Both the position numbers and the translations under genes were made by a program. This document shows positions 57,964-64,000 of a stretch of 64,000 nt of DNA, piece after piece (position 1 is the first letter of the stretch; each line of letters begins with the position of its first letter). This DNA comes from Patescibacteria group bacterium (GTDB taxonomy: Bacteria; Patescibacteriota; Patescibacteriia; UBA2591; JAQUPP01). The stretch spans positions 877 to 64,876 of the forward strand of contig JBAZMD010000003.1 of assembly GCA_041649955.1 (NCBI GenBank), in the 5' to 3' direction. The notes beneath the pieces are model-generated. The model made no database searches, was not told where the DNA came from, and worked only from the letters and a program-made list of their open reading frames with translations.

Positions 57964-58509
57964 ATGGCGATAAAGATAACTTATTTTGTCCACGGAACGA
58001 CAACTGATAATGAAAAAGAAATATCTTCCGGCTGGCATGATGTCGGGCTTTCGGATTTGGGAATCAGGCAATCAATAACTTTGAAAGATCAAATTAAAGA
58101 TAAAAAATTTGATGTTATTTTTTGTTCTGATTTAAAAAGAGCTGTTGATTCGGCAAATCTGACTTTTAAAAAAGTCGTGCCGATTATTACCGACAAAAGA
58201 TTAAGAGAATGTAATTATGGAAAATTTAACGCTCAGTCATCAGTAATTGTTGAACCGATGCAGGAAAAATGTATTAAAGAAAAATTTCCCGAAGGCGAAG
58301 GTTATGAAGATGTAAAAAATAGAATTTCTGATTTTCTTAATTTTTTGAGAAAAAATTATGACGGAAAATCTATTGCGATTGTGGCGCATAAAGCCCCGCA
58401 ACTTGCGTTAGATGTTTTGTTAAAAAATAAAACATGGGAACAAGCGTTTGTTGATGATTGGCGAAAAAGAAAAGCATGGCAGCCGGGTTGGGAATATATT
58501 ATTAAATAA
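57964..58509 (+). CDS. Histidine phosphatase (phosphoglycerate mutase-like) family protein
   Basis: 'ITYFVHGTTTDN' RHG-like motif; ORF-track start 57841 is a likely overlap-extension. Confidence 0.6.
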   Translation: MAIKITYFVHGTTTDNEKEISSGWHDVGLSDLGIRQSITLKDQIKDKKFDVIFCSDLKRAVDSANLTFKKVVPIITDKRLRECNYGKFNAQSSVIVEPMQEKCIKEKFPEGEGYEDVKNRISDFLNFLRKNYDGKSIAIVAHKAPQLALDVLLKNKTWEQAFVDDWRKRKAWQPGWEYIIK

Positions 58510-58518
58510 AATAAAAAT

Positions 58519-59313
58519 ATGTTTGATTTTTTTAAAGCGATTATTTTGGGAGTGGTTGAAGGCATAACGGAATTTTTGCCTATTTCTTCAACCGGACACC
58601 TGATTATTGTTAATCGCTGGATTTATTTCAGCCAAGATTTTACAAAAATGTTTGACGTGGTTATTCAGCTCGGCGCGATTTTCGCCGTTATTTTTTATTT
58701 TAAAAAACAATTATGGCCATTCAGTCATAACAAAGAAAAACAAGCAGAAGCCATTGATTTATGGAAAAAAACGATTATCGGAGTTATCCCGGCCATAATT
58801 TTGGGCGCGCTTTTGGGTGATTTTATTGAAAAAAAATTATTCGGTTTATTGACCGTTTCTTTGGCCTTGATTATCGGAGGTATTTTGCTGATTATTATTG
58901 AAAAAAGAAAAAAAGAAAGTAAAATATTTTCCATAGCAAAAATGAGTTATAAAACCGCGCTGTTGGTTGGCTTAATTCAATGTTTGGCAATGATTCCGGG
59001 CGTGTCGCGCTCAGCCGCGACCATTATCGGCGCCATGCTTTTGGGCGCTTCGCGCTTGTTGGCCGTGCAATTTTCTTTTTTCTTGGCCATTCCGACCATG
59101 GTTGCCGCTTCGGGCTACAGTTTGTTAAAATATGGAATGGCAATGAGCAAAATGGATATTCTTATTCTTTTAACCGGATTTATTGTTTCTTTTTTGGTTG
59201 CTTGGGCGGTCATAGCTTTTTTGATAAAATATATTCAGCGAAAAAATTTTACGCCATTCGGATATTATAGAATAGTTTTAGGATTATTGGTTTTATCTCT
59301 TCTTTTACTATAA
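58519..59313 (+). CDS. uppP: Undecaprenyl-diphosphatase
   Basis: 'ILGVVEGITEFLPISSTGHLII' and 'PGVSRSAATI' BacA motifs. Confidence 0.9.
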   Translation: MFDFFKAIILGVVEGITEFLPISSTGHLIIVNRWIYFSQDFTKMFDVVIQLGAIFAVIFYFKKQLWPFSHNKEKQAEAIDLWKKTIIGVIPAIILGALLGDFIEKKLFGLLTVSLALIIGGILLIIIEKRKKESKIFSIAKMSYKTALLVGLIQCLAMIPGVSRSAATIIGAMLLGASRLLAVQFSFFLAIPTMVAASGYSLLKYGMAMSKMDILILLTGFIVSFLVAWAVIAFLIKYIQRKNFTPFGYYRIVLGLLVLSLLLL

Positions 59314-59317
59314 AATT

Positions 59318-60268
59318 ATGATCATAGACCCGCACGTGCATTGTCGCGATGGCAAACAAGCATATAAGGAAACCATAGAGCATGTTTTTAAAATTGCCGG
59401 CGAGCAGGGCGTGAATAAAATTTTTGACATGCCGAATACCAATCCGCCAATTTTATTTGAAAAAGATATTAAGGCAAGATTAAAACTCGTCCCCAAAAAC
59501 AGAAAAAATGACTACTATTTATATATCGGTTTGACCGCTAACCAAAAGCAATTGAAAGAGGCGGTAAGATGTTATAATAAATATCGCGAGGTTATCGGTT
59601 TTAAATTATATGCCGGAAAATCAACAGGTAATTTGGCAATTATTAAAGAAAAGGAACAAAAAGAGATTTATAAAATTCTTTCAGATTTTAACTACAAAGG
59701 CGTATTGGCCGTCCACTGCGAAAAAGAAAGTTTTTTAAAACCAAAACTTTGGAATCCGTTAAAACCGATTACGCATTTTTATGCCAGACCAAAACAAGCT
59801 GAAATAGAATCAATCAAAGACCAAATAAAATTCGTCAAAGAAACTGATTTCAAAGGAATTTTGCATATTTGCCATGTTTCTTGTCCGGAATCCGTGGAAT
59901 TGGTAAATCAAGCGCGAAAAGAAATAAAAATTACCTGCGGCGTCACGCCGCATCATATTTTGTGGAGTAATGAAATATTAAAAAAACCGGACGGTTTGCT
60001 TTATACTACCAATCCGCCGTTAAGAAACAAAGAAGACGTAAAAAAATTAATAAAATGTTTAAAAGACGGCAAAATAGATTGGATAGAAACCGATCACGCG
60101 CCGCATGTCATTGGCGAAAAATTATTTTTACCATATCTGTCCGGTTATCCGTCTTTATATCTTTATAAAAATTTCGTGGAAAAATTTTTACCGAGCATCG
60201 GATTGAGTAGAAAACAAATTAAAAAAATGACATTTGAGAATATTTGTAAAACATTTAAAATTATTTAA
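59318..60268 (+). CDS. Dihydroorotase-like amidohydrolase
   Basis: 'IIDPHVHCRDGKQ' metal-binding His-x-His start, amidohydrolase fold length. Confidence 0.55.
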   Translation: MIIDPHVHCRDGKQAYKETIEHVFKIAGEQGVNKIFDMPNTNPPILFEKDIKARLKLVPKNRKNDYYLYIGLTANQKQLKEAVRCYNKYREVIGFKLYAGKSTGNLAIIKEKEQKEIYKILSDFNYKGVLAVHCEKESFLKPKLWNPLKPITHFYARPKQAEIESIKDQIKFVKETDFKGILHICHVSCPESVELVNQARKEIKITCGVTPHHILWSNEILKKPDGLLYTTNPPLRNKEDVKKLIKCLKDGKIDWIETDHAPHVIGEKLFLPYLSGYPSLYLYKNFVEKFLPSIGLSRKQIKKMTFENICKTFKII

Positions 60269-60272
60269 TTAT

Positions 60273-60686
60273 ATGAAAATAGTCAGCGCTTGTTTGGTCG
60301 GAATAAAATGCAGATGGGACGGCGGCTCAAGGCCATGTCCCAAAGTTATTGATTTAATGAAACGCGGCAAAGCGATTCCGGTTTGTCCCGAGCAGCTCGG
60401 CGGATTAACAACGCCCAGATTGCCGGCAGAGCAAAAAGGCAATAAAGTTTTTAGAAAAAATAAAAAAGATGTAACAGTGGAATTTAAAAGAGGAGCCGAG
60501 ATTGGACTAAAAATCGCCCAGATGGTAAACTGCAAAGAAGCGATATTAAAATCAAAATCTCCGTCTTGCGGTTCGGGCGAAATTCCCGATGGCACTTTTT
60601 CCGGAAAACTAATCAAGGGTGATGGTGTTTTTACCGCGCTTTTAAAAAAACATAAAATCAAAGTATTAACTGAAAAAGAAATATAA
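60273..60686 (+). CDS. DUF523-family protein (2-thiouracil desulfurase-like)
   Basis: 'KIVSACLVGIKCRWDGG...PVCPEQLGGLTTPR...SPSCGSG' conserved Cys pattern of DUF523. Confidence 0.55.
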   Translation: MKIVSACLVGIKCRWDGGSRPCPKVIDLMKRGKAIPVCPEQLGGLTTPRLPAEQKGNKVFRKNKKDVTVEFKRGAEIGLKIAQMVNCKEAILKSKSPSCGSGEIPDGTFSGKLIKGDGVFTALLKKHKIKVLTEKEI

Positions 60687-60694
60687 TAAAATTT

Positions 60695-62314
60695 ATGAAA
60701 ACAAAATATATTTTCGTGATGGGCGGGGTGATGTCAGGAGTCGGCAAGGGGATTGCAGTTGCTTCAATCGCCAAAATTTTACAAAGCAAAGGCTATCGCG
60801 TTTCGGCGATTAAAATTGATCCTTATATCAATGTTGACGCCGGCACGATGAACCCAATGGAACATGGCGAGGCATTCGTGACCGAAGACGGACTGGAAAC
60901 AGATCAAGATCTCGGCAATTACGAACGTTTTTTAAATCAGAATATTTACAAAACAAATTACATGACCACGGGCAGCGTTTATCAAGCCGTGATTAACAGA
61001 GAAAGAAACTTGGAATATGGCGGCCGGTGCGTTGAAGTGGTTCCTGATATTCCGAATGAAGTGATTGACCGGATTAAAAAAGCGGTTCGAGCGACCAAAT
61101 CGGAAATTATGATTATTGAAATCGGCGGCACGGTCGGCGAATATCAGAATATGCTTTTTTTGGAAGCAGCCAGAATGATGCATTTAAATTCACCCGAAGA
61201 TGTTATTTTTATCATGCTTTCTTTCTTGCCGGTTCCTTCAAAAATCGGCGAAATGAAAACAAAACCAACTCAGCAGGCGGTCAGAACTATTAATTCAGCC
61301 GGTATTCAACCGGATTTTATTTTAGCTCGGGCGGCAGTGCCTTTGGATAAAGTGAGAAAAAGAAAAATTTCCATTTTTTGCAATCTTAATGAAAACGATG
61401 TTATTTCCGCGCCGGATGTCACTTCTATTTATGACATTCCGATGAATTATGAAAAAGACAAACTGGGCGCGAAAATTTTGGAAAAATTTAATTTAAAAGC
61501 GCGCAAAGGCGATTTAAAATCTTGGGCCAAGGCGGCGAAAATAATGAAAAACGCCAAGAAAACGGTTAATATCGGATTGGTGGGAAAATATTTTCGAACC
61601 GGCCAATTTATTTTAAGCGATTCTTATATTTCAGTGATAGAAGCGGTTAAGCACGGATGCTGGATTAATAATTGCCGGCCAAATTTTCATTGGATTAACA
61701 CTGATGAAATTGCCAGCCATGGCGTAAAAATTTTAGACAAATTGGACGGGGTGATTGTGCCGCAGGGCTGGGGTTCGCGCGGTTCGGAAGAAATGATCAA
61801 GGCGATTCAATATTGTCGAGAAAAAAAGAAACCGTATTTCGGTTTGTGTTATGGAATGCAAATGGCCGTGATTGAATTCGCCCGCCATGTTTGCAAATTA
61901 AGAAAAGCGAATTCCGAAGAAGCTGACCCGAAAACTCCGCATCCGGTGATTCATATTATGCCGAATCAAAAAGAATATTTGGCCAAAAAACAATACGGCG
62001 GTACGATCAGATTGGGAGCTTGGCCGTGCGCTTTAAAAAAAGGAACAAAAATTTATAACATTTATCAGCAGGAAAAAATATTTGAAAGACATCGCCATCG
62101 TTATGAATTTAATAATAAATATCGCGAGTTGATGATTAAAAACGGTTTGATAATCGGCGGCACTTCGCCGGACGATAAATTGGTGGAAGCGATTGAATTG
62201 AATAATCATCCGTTTTTTGTCGGCACACAATTTCATCCTGAATATAAATCAAGATTTTTAGAACCGCATCCTTTGTTTAAAGCCTTTATTAAGGCGTGTT
62301 TAGGGAAGAAATAA
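60695..62314 (+). CDS. pyrG: CTP synthase
   Basis: 'KYIFVMGGVMSGVGKGI', GATase domain 'GLCYGMQ', 'HRHRYE'. Confidence 0.92.
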   Translation: MKTKYIFVMGGVMSGVGKGIAVASIAKILQSKGYRVSAIKIDPYINVDAGTMNPMEHGEAFVTEDGLETDQDLGNYERFLNQNIYKTNYMTTGSVYQAVINRERNLEYGGRCVEVVPDIPNEVIDRIKKAVRATKSEIMIIEIGGTVGEYQNMLFLEAARMMHLNSPEDVIFIMLSFLPVPSKIGEMKTKPTQQAVRTINSAGIQPDFILARAAVPLDKVRKRKISIFCNLNENDVISAPDVTSIYDIPMNYEKDKLGAKILEKFNLKARKGDLKSWAKAAKIMKNAKKTVNIGLVGKYFRTGQFILSDSYISVIEAVKHGCWINNCRPNFHWINTDEIASHGVKILDKLDGVIVPQGWGSRGSEEMIKAIQYCREKKKPYFGLCYGMQMAVIEFARHVCKLRKANSEEADPKTPHPVIHIMPNQKEYLAKKQYGGTIRLGAWPCALKKGTKIYNIYQQEKIFERHRHRYEFNNKYRELMIKNGLIIGGTSPDDKLVEAIELNNHPFFVGTQFHPEYKSRFLEPHPLFKAFIKACLGKK

Positions 62315-62340
62315 GGATTAAAGAAGCCATTCTTAATTAA

Positions 62341-63051
62341 TTGATTATGATGCAATCTGAATTAAAAAATAAGTATCAAGATTTATTTAGGAAATTTGAA
62401 ATAGATAAGAAAACAGGGCGTTTTAAGAATCATCCCCAAATTAAATTTCCGACCTTCCCGTATATTGGCTCAAAGTACGGTAAATCTAAAAAGATTTTGA
62501 TTGTTGGGTTAGATATTGGTTTAGATGAAAAAATTGGAGGAATCCAATCGTTTAAAGAAAGACGACAAGCAATAGAAGATAGGCCGTTGTCAAAACACAA
62601 TCCACATATTGCAGGAACATATTTTACTGCGTTATTTTTTCTAAAGGATAGTCTTAATTTACAAAATTATTGGAATAATCTCAAAAATATATTTTCTTGT
62701 CAGAAGGCGTTACAAGATCAAAACAAATTGCCCTCTATTAATCCATTATCATATATTGCTTTAATAAACTATTATAAATTTGTTTCAATAAATAGAATAA
62801 ATAGAACTGGCGGAGAAAATAGAATTCATTTAGATGAAGAAATTGAATTAAATTTTTTCATTGAGGAAGTCAAAATTTTAAATCCAGATATTATCATCTT
62901 TCAAAGTAATTCTTTTAAGCATAATAAAAAGTTATTAAACAAATTATTAGACATAAGAAAGTTGGTTTATATCGGACCACATCCAGCATATAGAGGAAAA
63001 CGAGAGCCAAATTATTTTATTAAAAAGATTTCCCGAAGTTATCCACATTGA
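62341..63051 (+). CDS. Hypothetical protein (weak uracil-DNA-glycosylase-superfamily-like pattern)
   Basis: 'KKILIVGLDIG' and C-terminal 'GPHPAYRG' loosely resemble UDG motif A/B; low confidence. Confidence 0.35.
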   Translation: MIMMQSELKNKYQDLFRKFEIDKKTGRFKNHPQIKFPTFPYIGSKYGKSKKILIVGLDIGLDEKIGGIQSFKERRQAIEDRPLSKHNPHIAGTYFTALFFLKDSLNLQNYWNNLKNIFSCQKALQDQNKLPSINPLSYIALINYYKFVSINRINRTGGENRIHLDEEIELNFFIEEVKILNPDIIIFQSNSFKHNKKLLNKLLDIRKLVYIGPHPAYRGKREPNYFIKKISRSYPH

Positions 63052-63186
63052 CTTATTTTGACTTTTTTTGTATAGTACCTATTACAACAATTTTTAAAAT
63101 GTTAAAAACTATAAAACAAAACATAATTGTTTTTTCAAACAATCTACAATTAAGCGGCTGATTTTGCTGTCCTTTTTGGGCAGTTT

Positions 63187-63212
63187 AAAAACCGCTTAAA
63201 GCGGTTTTTTTT
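63187..63212 (+). terminator. Rho-independent terminator
   Basis: aaaaaccgcttaaagcggtttttttt. Confidence 0.7.
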
Positions 63213-63498
63213 CTTATCTTGTAAAATTTTAAATCCCGAGTTTATCGAGGGAGTAGAAAATTTCAAGACAAGATAAAGAACCCTGTTAAATCCCGCGGAG
63301 CGGGAATTTCGCCAGAGGCGAAATTATTTAACAGGGTGAGCGAAACTCTAGTAAAATTTTATTCGTCTTTCAGACTCTAAAATTTTGAGAGTTTCCTCAG
63401 TACTTTGACAATTTAATAATCGAAAATAGAAATAGAGTAATGTATCAATATCGTCCAATTTAAATTAAAGTAAGTTTTTTCACAAAATATTTTTTGTG

Positions 63499-64000
63499 AG
63501 TTAAGTGGTGAATTAGAAAATTAGAGTGTGTGGTGGATGCCTAGACATCAAAAGCCGATAAAGGACGTAGCAGCCTGCGATAAGCTTCGGGGAGGTGGCA
63601 AGCAACCTTTGATCCGGAGATTTCCGAATGGGGTAACCTATTTGCGCCAAAACGCAAATGGCTATGACTTTAGTTATAGCCGGGAACCTGGGGAAGTGAA
63701 ACATCTCAGTACCCAGAGGAAAATAAAGTGATAACGTATTCCCTTAGTAGTGGCGAGCGAAAAGGGAGAAGTCTAAATCTTAAGAGATCTAAGCTAGATA
63801 AGGGGTCTGTCGCAAGATGGAATCTTTTGTCCAGTAAAAGGCATTAGCGCTAAAATATCTTTTGAGAGGTTGTGAGATTGTTAATGTTTTATTCGCTATT
63901 GAATAAAGTTAGAATTTAGTTTCTTAGTCGAAAAACCTGGAAAGGTTTACCATAGAAGGTGATAGGCCTGTAGACGAAAAGATTTTAAATTCTAATAGTT
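63499..64000 (+). rRNA. rrl: 23S ribosomal RNA, 5' portion (continues beyond window)
   Basis: 'ggtggatgcctag', 'gaaggacgtag', 'gggaaccggggaactgaaacatctcagtaccc'-like 'cctggggaagtgaaacatctcagtacccagaggaaaa', 'gtagtggcgagcgaaa'. Confidence 0.85.

Overview
This is a low-GC (~35%) window, mostly on the + strand, densely packed with small housekeeping genes. Unlinked rRNA genes, tRNA genes that mostly lack an encoded CCA, thyX, and no de novo purine or fatty-acid pathways suggest a reduced genome of Candidate Phyla Radiation / Patescibacteria type; that is inference only.

Main content, in order:
- a partial VanW-like gene, then infB, an RmlA-like nucleotidyltransferase, a PEGA-domain membrane protein and murA
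- a broken ribosomal cluster: rpsP, two hypothetical ORFs, a KH-domain protein, trmD, then an intact 16S rRNA gene (~10235-11750) and tRNA-Ile
- a GC-anomalous PurM-like gene, a free-standing LAGLIDADG endonuclease, tRNA-Val, cca, a pseudouridine synthase, gmk and rplS
- a tRNA-Leu/Ala/Val/Phe cluster
- a sugar epimerase and two hypothetical genes that share a duplicated upstream region
- glyQS, an M16 peptidase, an AI-2E permease and mreB
- glycosyltransferases, thyX and tRNA-Asp
- the infC-rpmI-rplT operon on the minus strand, split by a GIY-YIG element
- a tmRNA missed by the ORF track (30949..31326, minus strand; tag ANTNLNFAIA), then smpB
- surface-protein candidates and a tandem trio of acyl-carrier-protein-like genes
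- ileS, recO and tgt
- two paralogous hexulose-phosphate-synthase (OMPDC-family) genes and an SPFH protein
- tRNA-Trp and tRNA-Pro
- a SpoIID/LytB gene plus Wzx-like and Wzy-like genes
- tRNA-Ser, a GT1 glycosyltransferase, an aldo-keto reductase, a DEAD-box helicase, uppP and pyrG
- the 5' end of 23S rRNA at ~63500

Observations worth a second look:
1. Three small GIY-YIG nuclease genes are each tied to two families of GC-rich terminal-inverted-repeat elements, some of them empty, and these often abut or overlap tRNA ends.
2. There are two candidate phase-variation loci. One is a poly-G tract (9 versus 8 G) in a duplicated promoter upstream of two unrelated hypothetical genes. The other is an (AAAAATC)4 heptamer repeat inside the Wzy-like gene.
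3. The 16S gene sits inside the rpsP-trmD-rplS cluster, with 23S about 52 kb downstream.
4. Two of the three ACP-like paralogs have Asn in place of the phosphopantetheine-attachment Ser.
5. A structured leader upstream of infC shares a GTCCCAGTAC / GTACGGGAC motif with a hairpin in the smpB/glycosyltransferase divergent promoter region.

All coordinates derived by hand are +/- 1-2 nt.
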